20,000 nucleotides of DNA from an uncultured virus (IMG/VR IMGVR_UViG_2061766007_000718) (taxonomy: Duplodnaviria > Heunggongvirae > Uroviricota > Caudoviricetes), in IMG/VR virus record IMGVR_UViG_2061766007_000718; one strand, written 5' to 3'. Below, piece after piece: positions 10,388 through 18,397 of this stretch. Below the pieces are notes generated by a model. The model did not search any database, was not told where the DNA came from, and saw only the letters and a list, made by a program, of their open reading frames with translations. The position numbers were made by a program, and so were the translations under genes. Position 1 is the stretch's first letter. The number at the start of each line of letters is the position of its first letter.

Positions 10388-10779
10388 TACTCAACCTGCA
10401 AACCGTCGAGAAGTGCGCGAAGAGCAAGGTTGATTTCTATCTGCGTAGCCTTGTCTGTTATTATTCTAACAATCCTACGGAATCTAATCCTGTATAGCAG
10501 TCCCTTGTGCTTCTTTCCTCCAAGCAGCATTGCTGCAATCACCTTTGCTATGGACGAGCAGTCGGAAGCAATAGACAGGCTGTCGAATACTGGATTTTTA
10601 CCTTCCATCTTGAACTTCGGAAGTTCCGATATATACCTGCTCGCATCTATCAGCGTTGCAAGTGTCGGCTTGGCGGNNNNNNNNNNNNNNNNNNNNNNNN
10701 NNNNNNNNNNNNCCTGAAGTATGGCACTCGCCACCTTGCTTTCAAGCGTTTCTTTTTCCTTGTTGATTTCCTTTTGCAT
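10288..10779 (-). CDS. Tail assembly chaperone (gpG-like)
   Basis: 163 aa between the major tail protein and the TMP; KPTLATLIDASRYIS and YFFVTTTSLIEINLLK motifs; overlapping -1 frame extension. Confidence 0.8.
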   Translation of the reverse strand: MQKEINKEKETLESKVASAILQXXXXXXXXXXXXXAKPTLATLIDASRYISELPKFKMEGKNPVFDSLSIASDCSSIAKVIAAMLLGGKKHKGLLYRIRFRRIVRIITDKATQIEINLALRALLDGLQVEYFFVTTTSLIEINLLKARREVDGKTNQTTVSGQ

Positions 10780-10808
10780 ATTCGGTCATTTTTGATTTTT
10801 GAAATTGT

Positions 10809-10835
10809 AAAAATCTTGGGGATTGCTCCCCAAGA
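10809..10835 (-). terminator. Intrinsic terminator/attenuator after the major tail protein gene
   Basis: TCTTGGGGA-ttgc-TCCCCAAGA, a 9-bp stem followed on the minus strand by TTTTT. Confidence 0.75.
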
Positions 10836-10866
10836 CAAAATAATAGTTATGAGAAAAGAAGTACTC

Positions 10867-11613
10867 CTACTGAGATGCACCAGCCTGTGTCACTTCAATG
10901 ACAACTTCGCTTCCCCAACTGTCTTTTAGTACAAGTTTACCTGTACGCGGACTGGTTGACGAGTTGCCACCAGTGCTTGCTTTGGCTTTTGGCGTTACGC
11001 TGTTGGTTGATATTGTAGCATCGAGCCAAGCATCAGTTTTGCTTGTGTCAACAGAAACAGTACCAACAGCATCGCTCATAGTGATTGCCGGAGAAGCAGA
11101 AGAACCTGCCGCGGCTGCTACACTTGCTGAATATGCACTTGCCGACATAGCCTTGAACTTCTGCATCATAGTTCCTGTAGTAGGAACGAGAGCATCAAAG
11201 GTATATGTGGTTGTAGTACCGTCTGCTGGCGTGTACTGGTCTGTTGCTGATACAGATGCACACTTGAAAATGAAGCCTGGCAATGTCCCGTCCTCTGGAA
11301 TCAGACGAAGAGCATAGTTGTCGAGGATTACACCGTCAACATCTTCTATTGGTTTCACAAAGTCCTTACCATAGTGGTAGATGTCAAACGCCAACGAATA
11401 GGTTGACTTGCCGTGCTTGGTATCAATTACTGCACCACCTTCTTCTTTTGCCTCGGTCTTGTCTCCAGCCGTAGTTGTCAGGCTTGTAGAATTTTCCTTT
11501 ATCTTGTAGTTATTGGAAATGTCAGTCCATACAGCGTTGTCTGACGGGTGCGTTTCCGCAGGTCCCAACTTTGTAATGAAAATTTTGGGTTTGCCCCATG
11601 TTATTTTTGACAT
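10867..11613 (-). CDS. Major tail tube protein with C-terminal BACON-like Ig domain
   Basis: MSKITWGKPKIFI...KENSTSLTTTAGDKTEAKEEGG...YALRLIPED. The C-terminus AWLDATIS...NSSTSPRTGKLVL...IEVTQAG has the BACON W/N/R/Q pattern. Synteny fits. Confidence 0.82.
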   Translation of the reverse strand: MSKITWGKPKIFITKLGPAETHPSDNAVWTDISNNYKIKENSTSLTTTAGDKTEAKEEGGAVIDTKHGKSTYSLAFDIYHYGKDFVKPIEDVDGVILDNYALRLIPEDGTLPGFIFKCASVSATDQYTPADGTTTTYTFDALVPTTGTMMQKFKAMSASAYSASVAAAAGSSASPAITMSDAVGTVSVDTSKTDAWLDATISTNSVTPKAKASTGGNSSTSPRTGKLVLKDSWGSEVVIEVTQAGASQ

Positions 11614-11634
11614 AATTCTATAAATTTTAAGTTA

Positions 11635-12039
11635 CTAAATCAAATTCTTGAATCTCAATTTCAACGAAACGAAATGCTGTTTTATCTCTCTCTCCTCAAT
11701 GGTCATAATCATTCCGCTCTTTTCAAAACGCACATCGTTGCCGATATTCATTTTGTCTGGAAGCGAAATGAGAACCTGTTCAAGTTCCTTGCACCGTGCA
11801 GTGTCCTTGTAGAACATTCCGTTGCCAGCCTTGATGTCTGGAACATACACATTGACTACGACAGCGCCCTGTTGCATCTGCTCTGATGTGCCTGTGACGA
11901 ATGCGACAACGCAGTCTTCCTGCTTGCTGTCGAGTGGTCTGGTATCGCGCTTGTAGCAGTCTCCACCGATTGCCGAGGCAAGTTCCGACCTTACCCTTGC
12001 AAATACCAAGTCCTCTATCATCTGTCCAGTGTACTCCAT
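11635..12039 (-). CDS. Tail terminator/completion protein
   Basis: 134 aa directly before the tail tube gene; RPLDSKQEDCVV...VVVNVYVPD...QHFVSLKLRF. Confidence 0.7.
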   Translation of the reverse strand: MEYTGQMIEDLVFARVRSELASAIGGDCYKRDTRPLDSKQEDCVVAFVTGTSEQMQQGAVVVNVYVPDIKAGNGMFYKDTARCKELEQVLISLPDKMNIGNDVRFEKSGMIMTIEEREIKQHFVSLKLRFKNLI

Positions 12040-12043
12040 AGCC

Positions 12044-12538
12044 TTATGCCTCCGTGTCCTTCAAGTCAATTGTCATACCGCCATTATTTAAGCCTTGCAC
12101 AAGTCTCTTTGCAACTTCGGAAGCCTCTATTGATGCTCCTTCAATCACATCGTAGCCCCTGCGCTCAACCGCTGCTGCATAGTTCATTCCAGCAACAACG
12201 ACAAGTACGAATGGTGCAGTTTCCTGCTGTGCAACCTTCTGTGCAAGTGCAAGTCCGACTTCTCCGCCGTTAAGTTCAACATTGTTCTTGTTGTTCTTGG
12301 CCGGAACTTGCTCGAAAGCACTTCTCAATGCAAGTTGCCCGTTCTTGTATATGACATAGCCAATAGAAGAACGCAAATTGCCAGTCTGGTCCTTATAGGT
12401 GTCAAGTGTCTTCGCATACGCAATGGCCTTTTCCCCAGCATATTCTAGGAGATTGATAATTCTCTCCTCAACACTCGCCACATACTGGAGAACCGTTTGT
12501 TCCACCTTGTCAGTTCCTTTCAGGTTGCACTCAATCAT
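12044..12538 (-). CDS. HK97 gp10-like neck/tail-completion protein
   Basis: YKDQTGNLRSSIGY and VVVAGMNYAAAVE motifs; ATG at 12538. Confidence 0.8.
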   Translation of the reverse strand: MIECNLKGTDKVEQTVLQYVASVEERIINLLEYAGEKAIAYAKTLDTYKDQTGNLRSSIGYVIYKNGQLALRSAFEQVPAKNNKNNVELNGGEVGLALAQKVAQQETAPFVLVVVAGMNYAAAVERRGYDVIEGASIEASEVAKRLVQGLNNGGMTIDLKDTEA

Positions 12539-12540
12539 AA

Positions 12541-12879
12541 TCAGATCCAAATTACTATCGTCCTTGTCAAGTCGTAGAACTCTATCCTTTGCACGGTAAA
12601 CGAACCCAAGTCGCCTTTCCTGTCGTGAATTATGGAAATGTCGGTAGGTTTGAATTTCACTGGCACATCGTCATAGTCAAGACTGACCTCGTAACTTGCG
12701 TTTGTGTATCGCCCGTCATCATAGCGACCTTTCTTGTCTTCTGAAAGAGCATCTATGAAAACACGAACTTTGCGCAAATTGCCTTCTTCCTTACGCATAG
12801 GATTACCATCAGCGTCAAAGGAGATTTCGCGGTCTGTTGACCTGCCGTAGTTCATTATGCCGTTTGTGAACAACTTCAT
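12541..12879 (-). CDS. Putative head-closure protein
   Basis: 112 aa, beta-rich, between the connector and gp10-like genes; ATG at 12879. Confidence 0.6.
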   Translation of the reverse strand: MKLFTNGIMNYGRSTDREISFDADGNPMRKEEGNLRKVRVFIDALSEDKKGRYDDGRYTNASYEVSLDYDDVPVKFKPTDISIIHDRKGDLGSFTVQRIEFYDLTRTIVIWI

Positions 12880-12881
12880 AC

Positions 12882-13208
12882 CTACCAAGTATCCATAATT
12901 ACTACTTTCGGAGAATTGCCGCTTTCCCCAATCAAAGGTTCGCCATACTCTTCATATATGGCGTTGGCAGTGCCTTCAAGAGCACTTACGCTCGCCTGCG
13001 TTACACTTCCACCCTGATTGAGATTTACCATCGTGACTACATAGCGAAGCATATCAGCGTATGCAAGCCTATATGCACGGCTGTTGGCAATTTCCTCGGT
13101 AAAGTCTTCCTCCGTATCGGAAAATCCGCGAGCGATGAGACGCGATTCCGCATTCCCATCACTCAACGGATAATTGACCGAATATTTAAGGGCTTCAAGA
13201 ATAGTCAT
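12882..13208 (-). CDS. Head-tail connector/adaptor protein (DUF6706-like)
   Basis: 108 aa right after the MCP; MTILEALK...YPL...ARG...AYADML...ANAIYEEYGEP. Confidence 0.7.
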   Translation of the reverse strand: MTILEALKYSVNYPLSDGNAESRLIARGFSDTEEDFTEEIANSRAYRLAYADMLRYVVTMVNLNQGGSVTQASVSALEGTANAIYEEYGEPLIGESGNSPKVVIMDTW

Positions 13209-13229
13209 TCCGTTCCGCTTTAATTATTA

Positions 13230-14771
13230 CTATCCAGCCTGTTCAACTGTCAAGGTTGCAGTCTTTGTTCCAACGGTTACTGTGATGTCACCAGTACGCT
13301 TTGCAGAAGTGCCGTTTGCACCTACTGTTACGGTAACAGCTCCAGTTGTTTCATTGCGGCTTGCACTCAACCACGAAGAAGCTGCTGCTGCAACTGCTAC
13401 GCTTGGAGTATTAGTCTTGTCGTTGGTACCAACTGTGAAAGTCTTGCCAGTAGCATCCGCACTAGCAGTGAACGACAACGAAGTTGGGTTCAATTCTGGC
13501 AGATATACAAGCGATGCAATCAAAGCATCCTTGCTCGACTTGTTCAGGCTGTTGATAGCCTTCTGCAAGTTGGCATCAGTAATGTCGTTTGCCAAAGTTG
13601 CGCCAGTTACGGCAGCGTAAGCTGTCATTACTTCGCTCTTTACATACTGGTGTCCGCCAAAGTCGAAGTTGCTGTCATTTTCAGTCTGCTCCGAACCATC
13701 AGTCATTGTAGCATCGAGAATATAGATTGCATCTACATTTTCGATTACTGGAAGTACGAGAGCCTGACCTGCTGTGATTTCTTCCATCGGGTCGGTGTTG
13801 CCGAAACGGCTGATGAGCTTGTACTGGTCAACTGTTTGGTAGATTACACCTTCTACAGGGTGGTTCATCTCTGCGAGAGTACCCCATACGAGCTTGCCGA
13901 CATTCTTGCTAGGAATGAAGACCATTCTGTTGACATTGAACGGCTTCCAAGTTGTCTGCTGTCCGTTCTTCTCGCTGATTACCTGACGGTCAATCTCATC
14001 AATCTGGATTCCGTTGAACCTGTCGGCAAAAGCTTCCTTGAAGATTGCAAGACCAGGAGTCTGCAACTGAGTTTCAGCCGTAAATGCCAAGCCTCTGTAC
14101 GAAGCAACCATTTCCTGTGCCCATCTTTCGTGGCGGATCTTGTTCAGCAACGCCTTGCTTACTTCAACAAAAGCGAAAGAACGACCCTTTGCTTCTGCTG
14201 CGTCAATAATGCGCGAAATGTCATTCTCGCTGATATGACCTGCGGTTTCTACACCAAAGGTGTTTTCAGGACGATAGCCGAAGTCGATGCGAAGACCAGT
14301 TCCAGTATTGTTGCCGTCATCAACAAGGACAACACCATCGGACAATGCCTGCAGGAAGTTTGCCTCGTTCTTTTCGTCAATACCTACTGCTACCTTTACC
14401 GGGTCTTCTGCAAGTTTCGACACTATAGTAGTAAACGCATCGCCACGCGACCTCATAAGGTCAACTGCATTAAAGTCGCTTTCGGTCATTCTGCGCTTGC
14501 TACCAACCTTCGGCAACTTACCGCTTGCTACAGAGATTCTGTCGCGCTTCTTGATTGGAAGTGGAGAATCCATTGCAACTACATCTGCAGTAACATAGGT
14601 GGTGTCTGCGCTTCCGCTGTTCCACTTCTGGTCAACAGAATACTCCTTGGTCAACATCTGCTTGTGCAAATATACAGGGGCATTCGGTTTGCCATTGATT
14701 TTCTCAACAATGTTTCCAAGTGACGGAAACATCTTTTCGATATATTCGCTAAAAAGTGATTTTTGTGCCAT
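13230..14771 (-). CDS. Major capsid protein with C-terminal helical linker and BACON-like domain
   Basis: Core motifs ADVVAMDSPLPIKKR, SGKLPKVG, FLQALSDG, RIDFGY, VGKLVWGTLAE and QALVLPVIENVDAIYILD. The C-terminus SWLSASR...ANGTSAKRTGDITV...LTVEQAG is BACON-like. Confidence 0.88.
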   Translation of the reverse strand: MAQKSLFSEYIEKMFPSLGNIVEKINGKPNAPVYLHKQMLTKEYSVDQKWNSGSADTTYVTADVVAMDSPLPIKKRDRISVASGKLPKVGSKRRMTESDFNAVDLMRSRGDAFTTIVSKLAEDPVKVAVGIDEKNEANFLQALSDGVVLVDDGNNTGTGLRIDFGYRPENTFGVETAGHISENDISRIIDAAEAKGRSFAFVEVSKALLNKIRHERWAQEMVASYRGLAFTAETQLQTPGLAIFKEAFADRFNGIQIDEIDRQVISEKNGQQTTWKPFNVNRMVFIPSKNVGKLVWGTLAEMNHPVEGVIYQTVDQYKLISRFGNTDPMEEITAGQALVLPVIENVDAIYILDATMTDGSEQTENDSNFDFGGHQYVKSEVMTAYAAVTGATLANDITDANLQKAINSLNKSSKDALIASLVYLPELNPTSLSFTASADATGKTFTVGTNDKTNTPSVAVAAAASSWLSASRNETTGAVTVTVGANGTSAKRTGDITVTVGTKTATLTVEQAG

Positions 14772-14788
14772 AGTTCTTTTTCCTCCAA

Positions 14789-15181
14789 TTAATCGTGTTC
14801 AAAAATTAAGGTTGGTACAGCAGACTTCAAAGCACTCTTGATGCTCGATACAGGATAAGGACCTGCAACCTCGTTGACGCTTCCTGCGGTCATAATGCCA
14901 GCGAATGGCTTCGATACTGGAATGTCGTTTACGAGAACACCAATGTACTCGTGATTTGCTGGTAGTGAATCGTAAGACGAGCCACTAATAGGCATCGGCT
15001 TNNNNNNNNNNNNNNNNNNNNNNNTAATCACGTGACCTGCTTTGAGAGTGTCAAGTGAAACATTGTCGCAATCCAAAGTACGACCGCCCTTGATTCCATC
15101 TACATACTTTCTAATTACCACAGAACCAGAACCCATGTGCAGTTCTGTTCTTTCTTCGTTTAAATTTACAATCTTAGGCAT
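14789..15181 (-). CDS. Head decoration/capsid cement protein
   Basis: 130 aa between scaffold and MCP; VVIRKYVDGIKGGRTLD...KPMP...YIGVL...KPFAGIMTAGSVNEVA. Confidence 0.7.
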   Translation of the reverse strand: MPKIVNLNEERTELHMGSGSVVIRKYVDGIKGGRTLDCDNVSLDTLKAGHVIXXXXXXXXKPMPISGSSYDSLPANHEYIGVLVNDIPVSKPFAGIMTAGSVNEVAGPYPVSSIKSALKSAVPTLIFEHD

Positions 15182-15203
15182 AATTTTAGATTTAAGTTAC
15201 ACA

Positions 15204-15893
15204 TTAGAAGTTGCCAGCAATCTGGTCAACTTCACCTTCTGATAATTTGTTGGTCGGTGCATTGTTGCTCCTTCCCATCGGTTTCATGCTCCCCAAACCT
15301 GCATCAGTACGCTCTTGCTTCCACGCATCAAGGTCAGTCTTGGTTTCGTTGAAGAATGAATCAAAATCTTCATCATCCTTGAACGACATACGTTCAAAAG
15401 CCTTTAAGGCACGAGTTCCGAACATACCGCTGTCCTTGACCAGTTCTTCAAGTTTCTGTTTACGGTTTGTGGAAGTCTTTTCTGCCGTCATAGCAGTCAG
15501 TTTCTCAATCAGAGCATTTGTCTTCTTGTCGTTTTCTTCCTTGTAAACCTTGAACCAGTCCGGCATTTCTGGCTGTTCGTTCTTCTTGCCTTCATCAGTT
15601 TTGGGCGGCTCATTTTTACCTGCACCAGCTCCAGCTTCTTCTGCTTTCTTCTGTTGCTTCTTTGCTTCTTCCTCAGCCGATTTCTTTGCCTTTTCGATTA
15701 CCCTGTTTGCTGCTTTCTGGGACAATCCCAATACAGGCAACATAAGGTCAACCTTAGAGGTAATCTCTTCGTCTGTGGCTTCTGCATTGTTGATAAATGA
15801 GGCTATCGTTTTGGCAGCCTCTGATAATTCAGTTTCGCTAAAACCGAAAGCCGTCGCCTTCGTTTTCAGCATTGCTAAAATCTTTTCTTCCAT
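15204..15893 (-). CDS. Capsid scaffolding protein
   Basis: 229 aa, charged and helical; MEEKILAMLKTK...PEMPDWFK...FKDDEDFDSF; first gene of the head module. Confidence 0.75.
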   Translation of the reverse strand: MEEKILAMLKTKATAFGFSETELSEAAKTIASFINNAEATDEEITSKVDLMLPVLGLSQKAANRVIEKAKKSAEEEAKKQQKKAEEAGAGAGKNEPPKTDEGKKNEQPEMPDWFKVYKEENDKKTNALIEKLTAMTAEKTSTNRKQKLEELVKDSGMFGTRALKAFERMSFKDDEDFDSFFNETKTDLDAWKQERTDAGLGSMKPMGRSNNAPTNKLSEGEVDQIAGNF

Positions 15894-15926
15894 TGAATTG
15901 AAATTTCGTTTATACTAATTTTGCAA

Positions 15927-15966
15927 CAAAATTACACGGCTGATATTTAACAGTCAAACACTTTTA
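15927..15966 (-). promoter_or_regulatory. Phage promoter for the head operon, carrying the shared 23-bp box
   Basis: TTTG (15955-15958), 20-nt spacer, TAATTTTG (15927-15934). Box TATTTAACAGTCAAACACTTTTA at 15944-15966. Confidence 0.8.
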
Positions 15967-16176
15967 TTTTTCTATGAACCAGCCATCGTGAAGCATCTGT
16001 GCACGGCTGATGTTTTCAGCGAGCAGTTTGGACTCTAATTCCTTTCCACACCTGTCACAGAATCTTCTTTCAACTATATCATACCTGTAATGGCTGACCT
16101 TTATTGCAAATCTCTCGACATAAACCTTGTGTCCGAACAAACGGCAAACAAGTTCCTTTAATCTGTACTTCAACAT
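15964..16176 (-). CDS. Small Cys/His phage protein (DUF1660-like)
   Basis: 70 aa with CRLFGHK...CDRCG motif. Confidence 0.65.
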   Translation of the reverse strand: MLKYRLKELVCRLFGHKVYVERFAIKVSHYRYDIVERRFCDRCGKELESKLLAENISRAQMLHDGWFIEK

Positions 16177-16179
16177 ATA

Positions 16180-16371
16180 TTATGGTTTTAATGAATAATT
16201 CCTGCAATCATTCTCTTTGTCAAGAAACTGCGACCATTGCTCATATTCGCATTTGCAAAGGAACGGCTCACCGTTGCAGTCTAGTTCATGGAGACAATAT
16301 GAGTGAACACAACTGCGGCAAGTCTGGTGTTTCTTATTTTCTATATGGCTTTTCGTCATTGCCTTTGGCAT
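16180..16371 (-). CDS. Small Cys-rich hypothetical phage protein (possible Zn-binding)
   Basis: MPKAMTK...CRSCVH...LCKC...DCRNY; ATG at 16371 lies just downstream of a promoter. Confidence 0.6.
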   Translation of the reverse strand: MPKAMTKSHIENKKHQTCRSCVHSYCLHELDCNGEPFLCKCEYEQWSQFLDKENDCRNYSLKP

Positions 16372-16388
16372 TGTTTTTAATGTCACGG

Positions 16389-16429
16389 CAAATTTAAGGG
16401 TAATAGTATTTAACAGTCAAACACTTTTA
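16389..16429 (-). promoter_or_regulatory. Phage promoter carrying the shared 23-bp box
   Basis: TTTG (16418-16421), 21-nt spacer, TAAATTTG (16389-16396). The box at 16407-16429 is identical to 15944-15966. Confidence 0.8.
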
Positions 16430-16470
16430 GATTTAAGAAAAAGAAAGCCACCTCACTCTAATGTGGAAAT

Positions 16471-16496
16471 AAAAAAGCCACAGCAAAGCCGTGGCT
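16471..16496 (-). terminator. Intrinsic terminator closing the kinase-STAS-PIN operon
   Basis: Minus strand AGCCACGGC-ttt-GCTGTGGCT followed by TTTTT, 27 nt after the PIN stop. Confidence 0.8.
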
Positions 16497-16522
16497 AATA
16501 TGAATTATAAAACCGCTGGCAA

Positions 16523-17059
16523 CTACGCCTTAACCAAAACTATCGAACTTGATATTGAACCAATGTCCTTATCATCAGAAACAAAGCAAATGCCCCTCTT
16601 ATCACAATAGTTGACAAGATAAGCATCGTTGAAATCAGCAAACTTGCTCATTGAATTCATGACAGATTTGACGTTGATACTATTAAAATCATCAGGCATC
16701 TTGTCTGGAACATTTGATAATATATCGTTTACCTGAGCTTTAACATCCGCCAACGAATCCTCGTATTCCTTTGTCTGTCTGAAATCTCTTTTGTAATCAG
16801 CAAACGGATTTGAAGTACTTCTCTTCCATTGCTCAAATCCGATACGGAGAACCCTGTTTATGTATTCAGACAGAACCATCGATGTAATGAATAAACCTGC
16901 CTTATGGTCAACAATATCACGAAGCAACTTGGAATACTGCTGTTGCTTTTTCTTTTCTGTGTCTGCCATAGGTCCGTAGATGTATAGCCATACGTTGGTG
17001 TCGAACAGATAACAATTAGACGGACTTACAACATGGTCTCTAATTTCCTCAATGTTCAT
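16523..17059 (-). CDS. PIN-domain (VapC-like) ribonuclease
   Basis: FDTNVW, LSEYINR, DFNDA and SDDKD supply the acidic catalytic set. ATG at 17059 has GGAGG upstream and overlaps the end of the STAS gene. Confidence 0.88.
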   Translation of the reverse strand: MNIEEIRDHVVSPSNCYLFDTNVWLYIYGPMADTEKKKQQQYSKLLRDIVDHKAGLFITSMVLSEYINRVLRIGFEQWKRSTSNPFADYKRDFRQTKEYEDSLADVKAQVNDILSNVPDKMPDDFNSINVKSVMNSMSKFADFNDAYLVNYCDKRGICFVSDDKDIGSISSSIVLVKA

Positions 17060-17402
17060 TGATAACCTCCCCAATCATTTTAGAATACCCATTCTTATCA
17101 GAATAGAAAGATTTTGCATTGGTCGTAACTCTCTTTATACGTAAAGCCGTATCTTCGTCAAGATTTTCAAGTTTGAGCATATTTTTCAAATCCTCGCTTG
17201 AATAATCTTTATACAAGTTTCCTATTGCGACATTAAGGAATGCCGTGGTTAACATTTCTACTCCAGCAAAATCCAAAACGACATTCATTCCGTTACGGAA
17301 CGCCTCCATCTCCATCGTGTAGATTGGTTCCGCTTCATCTGGAGTAATGCCCTTATTAAGCGAAATGTGGTCTGTAATCTTTATTATCAACGTATTATCC
17401 AT
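17049..17402 (-). CDS. STAS-like domain protein (DUF4325-like), putative antitoxin/kinase substrate
   Basis: VVLDFAGVEMLTTAFLNVAIGNLY is a STAS/anti-anti-sigma signature; 117 aa from ATG 17402. Confidence 0.85.
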   Translation of the reverse strand: MDNTLIIKITDHISLNKGITPDEAEPIYTMEMEAFRNGMNVVLDFAGVEMLTTAFLNVAIGNLYKDYSSEDLKNMLKLENLDEDTALRIKRVTTNAKSFYSDKNGYSKMIGEVINEH

Positions 17403-17409
17403 TTTTGTA

Positions 17410-18300
17410 TTATAAAAGGTCATTAAAATCTGGTTTTTCAGAAGACATCAAGTAACGCTTTGAATCGTTAAAGTTAAACTTGATATTTACTATTGTTCCA
17501 GGAAACACTTTGTCTAGATTGTGATAGTTGAATTTTCCATTCGCGTACTCTACAAAACCACCAGCAGAAACCAAATGGAGTGCTCCTTTGTTAAGTTCAA
17601 TAAATTCCTTTAACAATGAAAGCCCAAGTCCTCCAGTATTCTCCTTAGTAGTGTTTCCTTCAATAAACGCCCATGCTATGGCTTTGCAATCCGTAACCCT
17701 TTGCATTCCTTTCTTTTCAAAGAAAGTGTTCACATTGTGCGGAATAGTTTCTCCAAGGTCAACAATAGCCATATCAAATGTTGTGGTTTCCTCCTTATAC
17801 TCTCCGCATGAATATACGAAATTCGTTTCTCCATGCATTGCCGCATTGGCATAAATCTCATATATACTTGCAACGAGACTATTACCGACAGTCTTTGTAT
17901 GCGCAGGAAACTTTTGCTTTCCAATCAGCCATTCATCAATATATTTTTTAAATCCTTCCGAATCATTTGTTCCGAAACGAAAATATTTTACAAAATTTTC
18001 TCTTTCAGCCGGATCAGTTGTCTCTTTAAATGCTTGCAAAAAATGATTTCTAGAAAGAATGCTCCTGACTTTCCTGTTAGAAAATCCTATTATCGCAATG
18101 CTTGCTTTGCTGGAAAACCTGTCGAATATTGCACCGACAGCAGCACACAAGTTTCCATCAAACTCCTTACACAAGGAAAAATCAACTTTGACTTCCTTAT
18201 TATGCTCCACTAACTCGGCCATATTAAAATATAACCTTGAAAGTTCATTATAACCGTCTAACGAACTTGTTATCTTATATGGCAATTGTAGTGTACACAT
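17410..18300 (-). CDS. GHKL/HATPase_c anti-sigma-factor-like kinase with N-terminal STAS-like domain
   Basis: N box EIYANAAMHG, G1 IVDLG, G2 TTKENTGGLGL, C-terminal FPGTIVNIKF. N-terminal VKVDFSLCKEFDGNLCAAVG. No His-phosphoacceptor (DHp) domain or TM segment is visible. Confidence 0.85.
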   Translation of the reverse strand: MCTLQLPYKITSSLDGYNELSRLYFNMAELVEHNKEVKVDFSLCKEFDGNLCAAVGAIFDRFSSKASIAIIGFSNRKVRSILSRNHFLQAFKETTDPAERENFVKYFRFGTNDSEGFKKYIDEWLIGKQKFPAHTKTVGNSLVASIYEIYANAAMHGETNFVYSCGEYKEETTTFDMAIVDLGETIPHNVNTFFEKKGMQRVTDCKAIAWAFIEGNTTKENTGGLGLSLLKEFIELNKGALHLVSAGGFVEYANGKFNYHNLDKVFPGTIVNIKFNFNDSKRYLMSSEKPDFNDLL

Positions 18301-18397
18301 GTATTACTTCCGTACAGAAAATAAGGGTTGCGAAAATACAAACAAAGTACGACACAGCAAAAGAAAATCACAAAAATATTTCGGGTGCAGATAACAA

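Noticed and set aside
13650..14723. 357-aa plus-strand ORF, and other plus-strand ORFs across the prophage
   Set aside because: These are antisense shadows of well-supported minus-strand genes and have no recognisable motifs.
17410..18300. Two-component sensor histidine kinase
   Set aside because: No His-containing DHp domain, membrane segment or response regulator is present, and the STAS partner points to an anti-sigma-type Ser/Thr kinase.
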